Positions 1 through 10,667 are shown, counted from the stretch's first letter. The stretch is 64,000 bases of DNA from an uncultured Actinomycetota bacterium (GCA_963770565.1 CAVYQE010000011.1:896001-960000), one strand, 5' to 3'. The notes: generated from the letters alone by a model not told the origin. Made by a program: numbers and translations.

Positions 1-589
1 GTCCGGCGCTTGCCGGCGGGTACATCATCGGTGCTGACGGCGGCCGCGGCCGGCGGCGACGCGCCGCGCCCACGATCGCCAGGACGATGCCCAGTACGGC
101 GAGCACGAACCCCACCGCCATCAACACGAACCACCACGCCACCTGTCTGGCGATGTCACCCAACGTGTTCGACACGATGAACGGCACCCCGGGCGGGCCG
201 CCGACGGCGACGTCGTAGTCGCCGGCCGTGGTGATCTGGAACCGCACCTGGCCGAGGTAGGTCGTCGAGTTTCGGGTCAGCGTCTCGGTGGTCGAGCCGG
301 GGCCGTTGACCGGGATCCGCTGGCCGTTGCTCGAGGTGACCGTGACCTGCGCGGGGGAGATCGTCGCAATCACGCGCTCGGACACGTAGATCTCGTAGCT
401 GCCGGTGCCGAAGTGGCGATGATCCGTTGTCGGCGTGGTCAGGACCGGGCTGGTGACCTCGCGGACGATCTTCCCGATTCCCTCGACCCCGCCGATCGTC
501 GCCGCGACGACGCCGACCGCGACGATGGCCAGCGAGATACTCAGGCGCGGCCCGGGCGGCCGGGCCGGCGCAGCAAGGCCCGGATCCAT
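1..589 (-). CDS. Hypothetical membrane protein, runs off the left edge (partial)
   Basis: Manual minus-strand translation MDPGLAAPARPPGPRLSISLAIVAVGVVAATIGG...WWFVLMAVGFVLAVLGIVLAIVG...; open to position 1, two hydrophobic segments. Confidence 0.7.
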   Translation of the reverse strand, partial: MDPGLAAPARPPGPRLSISLAIVAVGVVAATIGGVEGIGKIVREVTSPVLTTPTTDHRHFGTGSYEIYVSERVIATISPAQVTVTSSNGQRIPVNGPGSTTETLTRNSTTYLGQVRFQITTAGDYDVAVGGPPGVPFIVSNTLGDIARQVAWWFVLMAVGFVLAVLGIVLAIVGAARRRRPRPPSAPMMYPPASAG

Positions 590-793
590 CACGCCTCTAG
601 CCTGCCCGATCCGGCCGCCCGGTTGCGGCCACCGCGCCGGAGCGGCCGGCCAACCGGCGGCTGGTCTTCAGGTTCCCCTCACCACCACGCTGGATGGTGG
701 AAGCAGCAGGCGCACAGTCTTGGGCGCTTTTTTGGCCGGGGCGATGATTGAGGTGCGCACGATGTGGCCCGTTGGTGATGCGGAGCCGGCCCG

Positions 794-1525
794 GTGTTGA
801 TCCGGGCCCGCCGGCACTGGAAAGGTGCCGTGCTCGGCGGTGCGGGGCTGCTCGTCGCGCTCGTGGTCGGCGGTCCGTACGTCTACATCCACGCCTTCGA
901 GGGCAGCCAACCGGCGCCGCTCGCCCTGAGCGACGTGCCGATGTCGACCGCTCCGGCCTCCGACCACGGCAGCAGCGGTACGCCGTCGAGCAGGCCGGGG
1001 TCGCTCGACGGGGTCTGGCGGGTGACCGAAGGGTCCCAGGCGGGCTACCGGGTGAACGAGACCTTGGCCGGCCAGAGCACTACGGCGGTCGGTCGTACGT
1101 CCGCAGTCACCGGCTCGATCACGATCTCGGGCAAGGCGGTCACCGCCGCGTCGTTCACCGTGCAGATGGCGTCGGTCACCAGCGACCGCGACCAGCGCGA
1201 CCAGCAGTTCAGCGGACGGATCATGGACACCGCGCAATATCCGACCGGAACTTTCGTCCTCACCACGCCGATCGTGCTCGGCAAGGCGCCGAAGATCGGG
1301 AAGGTCATCACGGTCCAGGCCACCGGCACCCTGACCTTGCACGGCACCACCAAGCCGGTGACCTTCAGCGTGTCCGCGAAACGCACGAATGACCAGATCG
1401 CGGCCACCGGCGAGATCCCGATCACGTACGGCGACTACAACATCGACAACCCGAGCTTCGGCGGATTCGTCTCGGTCGGTAGTAGCGGAACGGTCGAGTT
1501 CCTGCTCGTCCTGACCAAGTCCTAG
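794..1525 (+). CDS. YceI family lipid/polyisoprenoid-binding protein
   Basis: N-terminal TM; SQAGYRVNE, RDQQF, TGTLTLHGTTKPVTF motifs typical of YceI. Confidence 0.9.
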   Translation: MLIRARRHWKGAVLGGAGLLVALVVGGPYVYIHAFEGSQPAPLALSDVPMSTAPASDHGSSGTPSSRPGSLDGVWRVTEGSQAGYRVNETLAGQSTTAVGRTSAVTGSITISGKAVTAASFTVQMASVTSDRDQRDQQFSGRIMDTAQYPTGTFVLTTPIVLGKAPKIGKVITVQATGTLTLHGTTKPVTFSVSAKRTNDQIAATGEIPITYGDYNIDNPSFGGFVSVGSSGTVEFLLVLTKS

Positions 1526-1603
1526 CGCCTCGGGCACTTGGACCCGGCGAGGCGGGACCTTAGGCCCTCGCCCGGCTCGGGCTGCCCAGTCGATCATCGA
1601 GGC

Positions 1604-2137
1604 ATGAGTGCTGTCTTCACCGATGCCCAGCGCGGCGTCCAGGCCGTCAACGCGAGTATGGGCGAGCGTGAGCTCGTCGCCACCTTGGAGCGCCACGGCG
1701 CCGACGAGGGGGAGATTCTCGCCCGCTACAACACGCTCGCGGAGGCGCTGCGCTCACCGGCGGCGCGCTATCTCGTGAGCTACATCATGGACGACGAGCG
1801 GCGGCACCACCGGATCATCGAGGAGCTCGCCAACACCGTTGCCTGGGGCGGCTTCAATGCGGCCGGCGAGGTCGCCAAGGTGCCGGATCTTCGCAACCAT
1901 CGGTACGAAGCGGCGGAGTTCATCGCGGAGACCCAGCGCCTGCTCGACTTCGAGAAGAAGGATCGGCGAGAGCTCCGCCGGCTCCGCAAGGACCTGCACG
2001 ACTTCGAAGACACGACGGTGTGGGCCTTGCTCGTCGACACGATGATTCTCGACACCGACAAGCACATCCGGATCCTGAAGTTCCTGCTCGATCACCTCAG
2101 CGCCGAGCCGACCGGCACGGTGGCCACCGAGAGCTAG
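1604..2137 (+). CDS. Ferritin-like (rubrerythrin-type) four-helix protein
   Basis: Paired carboxylate/His motifs E..E, DERRH, E..D, DTDKH; ATG 1604 chosen. Confidence 0.65.
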   Translation: MSAVFTDAQRGVQAVNASMGERELVATLERHGADEGEILARYNTLAEALRSPAARYLVSYIMDDERRHHRIIEELANTVAWGGFNAAGEVAKVPDLRNHRYEAAEFIAETQRLLDFEKKDRRELRRLRKDLHDFEDTTVWALLVDTMILDTDKHIRILKFLLDHLSAEPTGTVATES

Positions 2138-2189
2138 GCGCCCCGCAATCGGGTTGCCGGTCAGATCGGGAAGGCGAGACGATGTCGTC

Positions 2190-2618
2190 ATGTTCGAGCC
2201 GCTGAAGGTCAATTCCCGGCTCGTGATCCCCGAGTCGGAGCTGCTTTGGCGGTTCTCGCGGTCATCCGGCCCGGGCGGGCAGTCGGTCAACACGAGCGAC
2301 AGCCGGGTCGAGCTCTCCTTCGACGTCGCCCGATCGCCCTCACTCGGGCCGATCCAGCGGTCACGCGCGCTCAACCGGCTCGAGGGCCGGTTGGTCGACG
2401 GCGTGGTCACGGTCGTGGCCGAGGAGCAACGGTCGCAGCTGCGCAACCGGGAGGCGGCCTGCGATCGGCTGGCGGAACTTCTGCGGGCAGCAATCGCACC
2501 ACCGCCGCCGCCTCGCCGCCCGACCAAGCCGTCGGCCGCGGCCCGTCAGCGCCGGCTCGACAGCAAGCGCAGCCGTGGTCAGACCAAGAAGCTGCGCCAG
2601 CCACCGGTCCCGGACTAA
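2190..2618 (+). CDS. arfB: Alternative ribosome rescue factor B (peptidyl-tRNA hydrolase)
   Basis: RSSGPGGQSVN (GGQ), RSQLRNRE, basic tail RRPTKPS...KK. Confidence 0.95.
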   Translation: MFEPLKVNSRLVIPESELLWRFSRSSGPGGQSVNTSDSRVELSFDVARSPSLGPIQRSRALNRLEGRLVDGVVTVVAEEQRSQLRNREAACDRLAELLRAAIAPPPPPRRPTKPSAAARQRRLDSKRSRGQTKKLRQPPVPD

Positions 2619-3193
2619 GCAGACGCAGCGTGCCGGCCGGCTCGGAACGGCGCGTCGAGCACGAACAGCAGGACGAGCGCCAAGCCGCCAGCGCTGAAGA
2701 TGTACCAGGGCCAGGGGCCGAGCACTGACAGCAGCGACCAGTGCACCGGCCGGGAGGCAAGGAACATGTAGTCCGCGCCGAGGACGGCGTCCATGATGCC
2801 GACGAAGCCGGTGTAGACCACCGTGATCGCAAACACCCGCGGCACGGCGCCGGCCCGCGGCCGATAGCCGAGCCCGACGACCAGATACAGCGCGGCGATC
2901 ACGATCCCGAGGTGGCCGACGACGTACTCGAAGAACATCAGGTGCGGGAAACCGACCGACAGGTCCGGGGTGGCGACCGCCTGAAGGGTGCCGGCCAGCC
3001 CCCAGAACCAGGTGAGCTCGATCAGCAGCGGCTGGCTGGGCCACCAGCAGGCAGCGGCCGCGATGACCAGCGCGACGTCACACAGTGCCAGTGGCAGCGA
3101 TGCGCGGGCGGTCCAGGTGTGCCTGATCACAGGATCGACGGCGAAGACCACGGCATCGACGACCAGCATGAGCGCGAGCGCCCGGGCGGCCAC
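2615..3193 (-). CDS. YwaF/TIGR02206 family integral membrane protein (true start probably near 3290)
   Basis: LPLALCD, ATPDL, ADYMFL, LGPWPWY motifs; frame stays open upstream without a canonical start. Confidence 0.8.
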   Translation of the reverse strand: MAARALALMLVVDAVVFAVDPVIRHTWTARASLPLALCDVALVIAAAACWWPSQPLLIELTWFWGLAGTLQAVATPDLSVGFPHLMFFEYVVGHLGIVIAALYLVVGLGYRPRAGAVPRVFAITVVYTGFVGIMDAVLGADYMFLASRPVHWSLLSVLGPWPWYIFSAGGLALVLLFVLDAPFRAGRHAASA

Positions 3194-3296
3194 CGTCGTC
3201 CACGGTCCGGGGGAGCGGCGGGCGGCGACGCACAGCGCGCCACATCCGCAGGCTGCGATGCCTACACAGGTCCAGTACGCGCCGGACGTCGTGACC

Positions 3297-5027
3297 TCAG
3301 TGCGATGCGCTGGTGGCGCTGCCGTCGTCGACCGGATGCTCCGGCGCGGCCTCCCGGGGCGCGGCGTAGAACTTCTCGAGCTTCAGCCGGGCTCGTTCCA
3401 TCATGGCGACCGGGCGCTTGATCGGCCGGTTCGCGGTCGGGTCGGAGGCGCGGCTTGCGGCGCCGGCCAGCTCCTTGTGACCGTTCGACGGCGTCCCGCC
3501 GTCGGCGTGGCCGTTGGGGCCCGATCCGGTAACGGCGGGAGCGTGGTGGGCGTGCAGGTCGTAGCCGATCTGGGCCGCGAGCACCGCGGCCGCCTCGGGC
3601 GCGACCGGCTCTTCCACCTCGATGTACTCACCGTGCGGCAGTCGGCGGATGATGCCGGTCTCGATGCCGTGATGCAGGAGGTTTTCGTCGTGTCGTTGTA
3701 ATCCGAGACAGAGTCGTTTCGTCAGCTTGAAGGCGATCGGTGGCAGTGCGATCAGCAGGAAGCGCAGGACCCAGGTGGTCGCCTGCAGCGACCAGTGGAA
3801 GGTGCTGGCCAGGATGTCGTTGGAGCCGCCGATCACAAGGATCATGTAGAAGGTCAGAGACATCACGCCGAGCCCGGTCCGCACCGGTACGTCGCGCGGC
3901 CGGTCAAGCAGGTTGTGGTAGCCCTTGTCCTTCGTCGCCCAGGCTTCGATGGCCGGATACATCGCGATCAGGTTGAACATGAGGCCAGGGATGATCACGC
4001 CCGGGATCAAGATGTTCCAGCTGATCGTGTGATGGAAGATGTGCGTCTCCCAGTTGGGCATCATCCGCAGTGAGCCCTCGAGGAACAGGATGTACCAGTC
4101 CGGCTGCGAACCGGCAGAGACCTGCCCTGCGTTATAGGGCCCGTACAACCAGACCGGGTTGATCTGGGCGAAGGCACCGAGTGCGGCGCACATTCCGAAG
4201 ACCATGAAGAAGAAGCCGTTGGTCTTGAGGAAGAACGTCGGGTAGAACTTCGTCCCGATCACGACGTCCTCGGTCTTGCCGGGGCCGGGGAAGTCGGTGT
4301 GCTTCTGGTGCCAGAGGATCATCATGTGCGCGGCGATCAGCGCCAGCATGATGCCGGGCACGAGCAGCACATGGATGATGAACAGCCGGGAGATGATGTC
4401 CTGGCCCGGATAGCTGCTCCCGAACAGGAAGTAGCAGACGTAGGTGCCGACCACCGGGATCGACTCGGCCACCGAGTAGGCGATCCGCAGGCCGGTGCCG
4501 GACAGCAGGTCGTCGGGCAGCGAGTAGCCGCAGAAGCCTTCCAGGATCGCCAGGATCAGCAGGATCGTCCCGATGTGCCAGTTGATCGTGCGCGGCTTGC
4601 GGAACGCGCCGGTGAAGTAGACCCGGAACATGTGCACCACGATCGACGTGGTGAACAGCAGTGCGGCCCAGTGGTGGATCTGGCGCATGAGCAGGCCGCC
4701 GCGCACATCGAAGGAGATGTGCAAGGTCGAGGCGTACGCATCGGTCATCGGTACGTTGCGCAGGTACGGGTAACTGCCGTTGTAGATGACCTGGCGCTGG
4801 CTGGCGTGGAAGAACAAGGTCAGGTAGACGCCGGTCAGCAGCAGGATGACGAAGCTGTAGAGCGCGATCTCGCCGAGCATGAACGACCAGTGGTCCGGAA
4901 AGACCTTGTCCATGCTGCGCTTGAGGAAGTTCGCCGAGCCCATCCGGTCGTCGACGTACTTCAGCACCTTGCGGGTCGACTGCTCGGCCGGCGAGACCTT
5001 CACCTCTTCGCTTGCGGTGTCGGTCAT
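3297..5027 (-). CDS. qcrB: Cytochrome bc1 complex cytochrome b subunit
   Basis: VFPDHWSFMLGEIALYSF, RQIHHWAA, GSQPDWY. Confidence 0.98.
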   Translation of the reverse strand: MTDTASEEVKVSPAEQSTRKVLKYVDDRMGSANFLKRSMDKVFPDHWSFMLGEIALYSFVILLLTGVYLTLFFHASQRQVIYNGSYPYLRNVPMTDAYASTLHISFDVRGGLLMRQIHHWAALLFTTSIVVHMFRVYFTGAFRKPRTINWHIGTILLILAILEGFCGYSLPDDLLSGTGLRIAYSVAESIPVVGTYVCYFLFGSSYPGQDIISRLFIIHVLLVPGIMLALIAAHMMILWHQKHTDFPGPGKTEDVVIGTKFYPTFFLKTNGFFFMVFGMCAALGAFAQINPVWLYGPYNAGQVSAGSQPDWYILFLEGSLRMMPNWETHIFHHTISWNILIPGVIIPGLMFNLIAMYPAIEAWATKDKGYHNLLDRPRDVPVRTGLGVMSLTFYMILVIGGSNDILASTFHWSLQATTWVLRFLLIALPPIAFKLTKRLCLGLQRHDENLLHHGIETGIIRRLPHGEYIEVEEPVAPEAAAVLAAQIGYDLHAHHAPAVTGSGPNGHADGGTPSNGHKELAGAASRASDPTANRPIKRPVAMMERARLKLEKFYAAPREAAPEHPVDDGSATSASH

Positions 5028-6040
5028 CGGCGCTCCCAGAAGCTCGGGCCCACGGCCTCGGAGTACGGGCCCTTGGCGTAGAAGTAGCCCTCGCTGTCAA
5101 CCCCGATCTGCAGCTGCGGCAGCGGGCGCGCGGCCGGACCGAAGATGACCTTGGCGTCGCGTGCCATGTCGAACGTCGACTGGTGACACGGGCAGAGCAG
5201 GTGGTGACTCTGCTGCTCGTACAGGCTGATCGGGCAACCGGCGTGCGTGCAGATCTTGGAGTATGCGACGTGGTAGTCGACCCCCCAGTTGACCTCCTTC
5301 TCCGAGAGGATCTCGCCCGGCGCGAACCGGATCAGCATCGTCGGCGCAAGCGCCTCGTCGTTGACGTCGCCGAAGCCCTCAGGCATCACGGTCTGGATGC
5401 CGCCGATCGCCAGGCTGCCGAGCTTGACCGGCAGCCCGGTGTCCAGGTCGACCAGGCGTACGCCGGCTCGCCAGCCGGTCTCGAGCAGGCTGCGGCCGGG
5501 CAGCGGACCGAGGTCGCGCAGCATGACGACGAACGGCAGCGGAAAGAGGCCGAGCGCGCCGAGCAGGGTGCGGCGCAACATCTTGTATTTGCCGAGCCCG
5601 AGGTCGTTGGCCCCCGCGATGAAGGTGTCTTCCGCCTCCTGCTCCTCCTCGGGAGGGGAGTGAAAGTCGTGGCGGTCCTGGATCGCCTTCTCGTGCGGCA
5701 ACAGCTTCTTGGCCCACACGATGAGGCCGGCCCCGATCGCGAACAGCGCGACGGCCAGGCCGCCGCCGATCGTCTCGTTGCTGTACTTGCCGAGCTTGTC
5801 GTGGATCGAGACCGCGAAGTAGCAGACCAGCACGAAGACGGTGGCCGCGATGCCGAGGGCGAACAGAGCGGTGACCTGAAGCTCGGCAAAGCTGCGGTCG
5901 CGCGGGTCCTCGGCGTGGGTGTCCAGCTCGGCCGGGTGCTCGTCCCGGACGGCGACCGTCGTTGTGGTGGCCTCATCGGCGTCACGACGGCGACCGATCC
6001 GGCGCCGGGGTTGGCCGGCTCGAGGGTTTTCGTCGGTCAT
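5024..6040 (-). CDS. qcrA: Cytochrome bc1 Rieske iron-sulfur subunit
   Basis: CTHAGC...CPCHQS Rieske motifs, three TMs, operon position. Confidence 0.97.
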   Translation of the reverse strand: MTDENPRAGQPRRRIGRRRDADEATTTTVAVRDEHPAELDTHAEDPRDRSFAELQVTALFALGIAATVFVLVCYFAVSIHDKLGKYSNETIGGGLAVALFAIGAGLIVWAKKLLPHEKAIQDRHDFHSPPEEEQEAEDTFIAGANDLGLGKYKMLRRTLLGALGLFPLPFVVMLRDLGPLPGRSLLETGWRAGVRLVDLDTGLPVKLGSLAIGGIQTVMPEGFGDVNDEALAPTMLIRFAPGEILSEKEVNWGVDYHVAYSKICTHAGCPISLYEQQSHHLLCPCHQSTFDMARDAKVIFGPAARPLPQLQIGVDSEGYFYAKGPYSEAVGPSFWERR

Positions 6041-6840
6041 GCCTTGGAGCCGATCCACATCGTGACGACGACCAGGCCTCCGATGCCGACCAGCCAGGCG
6101 ACCACGGTCTCGCTGACCGGGCCGACCCGCCCGAGCCCGGATCCGCCCGGGTTCGGCGAGGTCTTGATCTCTCGGATGTATTTGATGATCGCGAGCTTCT
6201 GCGCGGGCGTGATCTCCTGGTCACCGAAGACCGGCATGCTCTCCGGGCCGGTGATCATCGCCTCGTAGATCTGCTTCGGGGTCGCGTCGGAAAGCGTCGG
6301 CGCGTACTTGCCGTAGGTCAGCGCGCCACCCGAGCCGGCGAAGTTGTGGCACTGCGCGCAGTTCGTGCGGAACAACGCGCCGCCGAACGCGACGTCCGCG
6401 CTCTGGTAGTTGAGGTCGGTCGGGATCGCCGGACCCGGGCCGAGGCTTGCGACGTACGCCGCGATCTGCTCGGTCTGCGCGTCGGTGTAGCGGTTGCGCT
6501 TGCGCGGCGCCTCGGTGGTGTGCTGCTGCAACGGCATCCGGCCGGTGCCCACCTGGAAGTCGGCTGCGGCCGCACCGACCCCGATCAGGCTCGGCGCGGT
6601 GGCCCCGCCCTCGCCGTTGAGGCCGTGACACGACGAGCAGCCGTGCAAGTACAGCTGGTATCCCTGCTCGACCGCGGGGTTGGTGCTGGCGGCCGAGGAG
6701 TGCCCGGGCGCGAAACCGGTGTAGAGCAAGCCGATCGTGCCGAGCCCGAAGACCACGATCCCGAGGTGGGCGAACCCGCGGCGGATTCGGCGCCGGCGGG
6801 GAGCCTCAGCGGGCAGGTCGGGTGAGCTCACGGTGTCCAT
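6037..6840 (-). CDS. qcrC: Cytochrome bc1 diheme cytochrome c subunit
   Basis: Two CxxCH motifs (CSSCH, CAQCH). Confidence 0.97.
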   Translation of the reverse strand: MDTVSSPDLPAEAPRRRRIRRGFAHLGIVVFGLGTIGLLYTGFAPGHSSAASTNPAVEQGYQLYLHGCSSCHGLNGEGGATAPSLIGVGAAAADFQVGTGRMPLQQHTTEAPRKRNRYTDAQTEQIAAYVASLGPGPAIPTDLNYQSADVAFGGALFRTNCAQCHNFAGSGGALTYGKYAPTLSDATPKQIYEAMITGPESMPVFGDQEITPAQKLAIIKYIREIKTSPNPGGSGLGRVGPVSETVVAWLVGIGGLVVVTMWIGSKA

Positions 6841-6844
6841 TCGG

Positions 6845-7441
6845 CTAGCGGATCAGGTAGATGACGGTGAACAGGCCGATCCAGACGATGTCGACGAAGT
6901 GCCAGTAGTACGACACGACGATCGCCGCGGTGGCCTGCGCAGGGGTGAACTTGCCGAATGTGGTCCGCAACATCAGCAAGACGAACGCGATCAGCCCTCC
7001 CAGCACGTGCAGGCCGTGGAACCCGGTCGTGAGGTAGTAGACCGAGCTGTAGCCGCTGGAGGAGAGCACGAAGTCGTTGTGCACGAAGTACTCGAAGGAC
7101 TGGCCGCCGATGAAGACCGATCCCATGAAGAACGTGACCATGAACCAGAACCGCAACCGCTCGACGTCTCCGCGCTCGGCCGCGAACACACCGAGCTGGC
7201 AGGTGACACTCGACAGCACCAGGATGATCGTGAACGGCGCCGCGGTCTTGAGGTCGAGCACGACCTCCTTGGGTGGCCAGTTCGGCTCGTTGACCGCGCG
7301 GACCGTGAAGTACATCGCGAACAGTGCGGCGAAGAACATCAGCTCCGACGAGAGCCAGACGATGACCCCGACACTGACCAGGTTGGGTCGATGCAGGGAG
7401 CCGTGCGACGGCAGCTGATCGATCGCGGTAGCGGAGGCCAC
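6845..7441 (-). CDS. ctaE: Cytochrome c oxidase subunit III
   Basis: [24 protein letters not shown]. Confidence 0.97.
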   Translation of the reverse strand: MASATAIDQLPSHGSLHRPNLVSVGVIVWLSSELMFFAALFAMYFTVRAVNEPNWPPKEVVLDLKTAAPFTIILVLSSVTCQLGVFAAERGDVERLRFWFMVTFFMGSVFIGGQSFEYFVHNDFVLSSSGYSSVYYLTTGFHGLHVLGGLIAFVLLMLRTTFGKFTPAQATAAIVVSYYWHFVDIVWIGLFTVIYLIR

Positions 7442-7529
7442 GGAGGGATTCTGCCAGTCGCCGGTGGGGAGTGGCGCAGGACCCCCGTCGGCGCGTCGCG
7501 GTCGGATTTCGCTGCTCTACGATCGGCGC

Positions 7530-7988
7530 ATGGCAGCGCACCCGCACGACCCCGGCGCGATCGGGGCGGCCGCCTCGACGGCACCACGTACGGCGACCGT
7601 GCTGGTGTATTCGAGCCACGACGCGACCCGGGCCCGGATCATCAGCGCACTTGGTCACAAGCCCGCTCCCGACCTGGAGCTCGAGTACGTCGAGGCGAGT
7701 CGGGGCGACCAGTTCATCGACCGCTGTGACGCCGGGGGGATCGACCTGGTGATCCTCGACGGCGAGGCGGCCCCGACCGGGGGCATGGGCCTGGCCCGCC
7801 AGCTCAAGGACGAGCTGGACGCGCCGCCGCCGGTCTTGCTGGTGGTCGGTCGCCGCGACGACGCCTGGCTGGCCACCTGGTCCCGCGCGGAACGCGTGAT
7901 CTCCCATCCGATCGATGCGGTTCAGATCGCCGAGGTCGTGACCTCGCTCCTGTCGAGCGCGGCCGACCCGGTCAGCGCCGCGCACTGA
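7530..7988 (+). CDS. Stand-alone response-regulator receiver-like protein
   Basis: [16 protein letters not shown] receiver motif; usual position between ctaE and trpD. Confidence 0.85.
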   Translation: MAAHPHDPGAIGAAASTAPRTATVLVYSSHDATRARIISALGHKPAPDLELEYVEASRGDQFIDRCDAGGIDLVILDGEAAPTGGMGLARQLKDELDAPPPVLLVVGRRDDAWLATWSRAERVISHPIDAVQIAEVVTSLLSSAADPVSAAH

Positions 7989-8016
7989 GCCCGGCGCTGG
8001 GGAGGGAGGGTCGGTC

Positions 8017-9060
8017 GTGACCAGCTGGCCGACCTTGTTCACCGCGCTGGTCGCCGGCCGCTCGTTGCCGGCAGAGGACACCGCCTGGGCGATGACCGAG
8101 ATCATGAGCGGCTCGGCGACGACGGCGCAGATCGCCGGGTTTGCGATGGCACTTCGCGTCAAGGGCGAGAGCACCGAAGAGGTGATCGGGCTGGCGCGCG
8201 CGATGCTGGCCCATGCGACGCCCCTGACCATTGCCGGACCGGCGGTCGACACCTGCGGCACGGGTGGGGACCGGGCCGCCACGGTCAACATCTCGACCCT
8301 GGCCGCACTCGTCGTACGCGGGGCCGGCGGGCGGGTCGTGAAGCACGGCAACCGGGCAGCTTCGTCGGCGTGCGGATCGGCGGACCTCCTGGAGGAGCTC
8401 GGCGTCGTCATCGACCTGCCGCCGGACGGTGTGCGCAGCTGTGTCGAGCAGGCCGGGATCGGCTTCTGCTTCGCGCGGGTCTTCCACCCGGCGTTGCGAC
8501 ATGCCGCCGCGCCGCGCGGCGAGCTGGGCGTGGGGACCTTCTTCAACTTCCTCGGCCCGCTGGCCAACCCGGCCCAGCCAGCCGCCCAGGCGGTCGGGGT
8601 CGCCGACGAACGGATCGCCGGGGTGATGGCCGGTGTGCTCGCCGACCGGGGGACGTCGGCGCTGGTCTTCCGGGGGACCGACGGGCTCGACGAGCTGTCC
8701 GTTTCGGCGCCGTCGCGGGTGTGGGTGGTGGTCGACGGTGGCGTCCGGCCCGACACCGTCGACCCGGTCGAGCTGGGCATCGCGGTCGCCGAGGAAGGGG
8801 CGCTGCGCGGCGGCGACGCGGCCCACAACGCCGGTATCACCCGCCGGCTGCTCGACGGCGAGGCCGGACCGGTGCGCGACGCCGTCCTGCTCAACGCCGC
8901 GGCCGCGCTCGTCGCCCTCGATGGACCGACCGCCGAGCCGGTGACGAATCAGCTGGCGGCGGCGCTTCCTCGGGCCGCTGAGTCGCTCGTTTCGGGGGCA
9001 GCCGGCGCTGCGCTGGATGCCTGGGTGGCGGCGAGTGTCGCAGCTCGCGACGCGAGCTGA
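8017..9060 (+). CDS. trpD: Anthranilate phosphoribosyltransferase
   Basis: [25 protein letters not shown]. Confidence 0.98.
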   Translation: MTSWPTLFTALVAGRSLPAEDTAWAMTEIMSGSATTAQIAGFAMALRVKGESTEEVIGLARAMLAHATPLTIAGPAVDTCGTGGDRAATVNISTLAALVVRGAGGRVVKHGNRAASSACGSADLLEELGVVIDLPPDGVRSCVEQAGIGFCFARVFHPALRHAAAPRGELGVGTFFNFLGPLANPAQPAAQAVGVADERIAGVMAGVLADRGTSALVFRGTDGLDELSVSAPSRVWVVVDGGVRPDTVDPVELGIAVAEEGALRGGDAAHNAGITRRLLDGEAGPVRDAVLLNAAAALVALDGPTAEPVTNQLAAALPRAAESLVSGAAGAALDAWVAASVAARDAS

Positions 9061-9066
9061 TCTGCC

Positions 9067-9180
9067 ACACGCATGGCCCATGCGTGGGCCTATGGCCCCA
9101 CCGATGGGCCATGCGTGGGCCTATGGCCCCACCGATGGGCCATGCGTGGGCCTATCGCCCCCCCGATGGGCCATGCGTGT
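9067..9180. repeat. 31-bp tandem repeat element (GGGCCATGCGTGGGCCTATGGCCCCACCGAT, about 3.5 copies) bounded by a 14-bp inverted repeat
   Basis: Directly visible; ACACGCATGGCCCA at left, TGGGCCATGCGTGT at right; lies between convergent trpD and Lrp genes. Confidence 0.95.
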
Positions 9181-9182
9181 CG

Positions 9183-9470
9183 CTAGTCCGAGTCGCTGAT
9201 CCCGAGCGAGAACGCCGCCTCGAGGTCGTGCTGGGTGTAGGTCCGGAACGCGACGTGGGTCTCGGTGGCGAGCACGCCGTCGACCTTGTTGAGCCGGTCC
9301 GCGACCACGTCGGCGATCTCCTCGTGCGACCGGACCCGGATGAGCGCGATCAGGTCGATCTCGCCGGTCACTGAGTAGACCTCGGTCACCCCGGGCAGAG
9401 TGGCGATCTCCTCGGCCACCTCAGGGATCCGATCGACGGCGGCCGACACGAAAACGATCGCAGTGATCAC
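9183..9470 (-). CDS. Lrp/AsnC ligand-binding domain protein
   Basis: VITAIVFV...EVYSVTGEIDLIA...TETHVAFR. Confidence 0.92.
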   Translation of the reverse strand: MITAIVFVSAAVDRIPEVAEEIATLPGVTEVYSVTGEIDLIALIRVRSHEEIADVVADRLNKVDGVLATETHVAFRTYTQHDLEAAFSLGISDSD

Positions 9471-9480
9471 GGGCCGGAGC

Positions 9481-10575
9481 CTATCGCCCGGCCAGCGCCA
9501 GCTCGCCGAGGTCGAGGGCGCGCTCGACCACCCGCGCCTTGTGGGCCACGATCTCGGCATAGGGCAGCCCGTGCCGGCGCTCACTGGTCTCGATGTGCCC
9601 CTGCATCGCCGCGTTCATCGCCTGGAACGCGGCAAGCGGGCCGTAGTGCACGGATGCGGCGGCGGCGTACCAGCGTCGAAGCGAGGCCTCGTCGAGATCG
9701 ACCCCGGAGGTCCGAAGCCCGGACAGATATCCCTGCAGGACGTTGGCCTCGAGCTTGTCCAGCGGTGCGTCCGGCAGCACGAGCATCCAGACCGGGTCAA
9801 GAGTGAGCTGGTCGAGGTCCTGGCCGAGCGCGCCGATCCCGACCTGCGACCAGTCGATCGCGACGGTCGTGCCGTCGTCGGCCGCGATCAGGTTGGTCGG
9901 CCACAGGTCGCAGTGCACGACGGTCTGCGGCGCGGACTCGACGATCGCGAGCAGCTCCTCGCGGGCCGCCCACAGCTCCCGGGCCCGTGGCCGCAGGATC
10001 GCCATCGGCCCCTGCCAGACCTCAGTCCACAGCGAGTCGTCGTCAAGCGCGCCGATCTGGTTGCCGACGGTCTCGACCCAGCCGCGCAGCCAGCGCCGCG
10101 ACAGCCACTCGTCGGCCGGCAGGATGCTGCGCCCACAGGCGTACGCCGCCTGGGTCGTCGCAAGGTCGAACGCCGCGCTGTCGTAGTCGTCGATCTCCCA
10201 CTCGCCGCCCGGCCGGCCTTCGACGTCCTCCATCCAGATCCAGCACTCGTCATCCGCGGGTTGGGTCGCGAGCAGCGTGCGCGGCGCTCGCAGCTCGCCG
10301 GGCAGGGTGTCGAGCATGCCGCTGCTGTAGGCGAGCCACTCGCGCTTCCAGTAGTTGCGATGCGAGGGGTGCTCGCCCGAGACCCACATCGCCTCGGGGT
10401 CCGCGTCGTCGCCGTGCCTGACCACCTTGATCACGATCGAGAAGTCGTCACCGTGGACGCGGAAGACCCCGCCGGTGACCGAGTGCAGCCGCAGCTCAGG
10501 CTCGATCGGGTCGACGGCGTACGAGGTCACCTCTCGCCCGAGCGCGCGGGAGAGCTCTGCGGGATCGACGTTCAC
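9481..10575 (-). CDS. Aminoglycoside phosphotransferase/kinase-like (APH family) protein
   Basis: HCDLWPTN (Brenner motif) and IDW. Confidence 0.85.
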   Translation of the reverse strand: MNVDPAELSRALGREVTSYAVDPIEPELRLHSVTGGVFRVHGDDFSIVIKVVRHGDDADPEAMWVSGEHPSHRNYWKREWLAYSSGMLDTLPGELRAPRTLLATQPADDECWIWMEDVEGRPGGEWEIDDYDSAAFDLATTQAAYACGRSILPADEWLSRRWLRGWVETVGNQIGALDDDSLWTEVWQGPMAILRPRARELWAAREELLAIVESAPQTVVHCDLWPTNLIAADDGTTVAIDWSQVGIGALGQDLDQLTLDPVWMLVLPDAPLDKLEANVLQGYLSGLRTSGVDLDEASLRRWYAAAASVHYGPLAAFQAMNAAMQGHIETSERRHGLPYAEIVAHKARVVERALDLGELALAGR

Positions 10576-10667
10576 TTCATGATCATGTCGCTCGTACCCG
10601 GGTGCCGCCCGGTCGAATCGCGGCGGCCGGGGTCACGAAAGGACAACGAGCGGCGAACGGTCCGAGC

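Noticed and set aside
9084-9374. ORFs with repeated MGHAW/WAMRGPM peptides (also 19627-20295)
   Set aside because: Translations of the 31-bp intergenic repeat, not genes
9481-10575. Aminoglycoside resistance gene
   Set aside because: Only generic APH/kinase motifs; the substrate cannot be inferred
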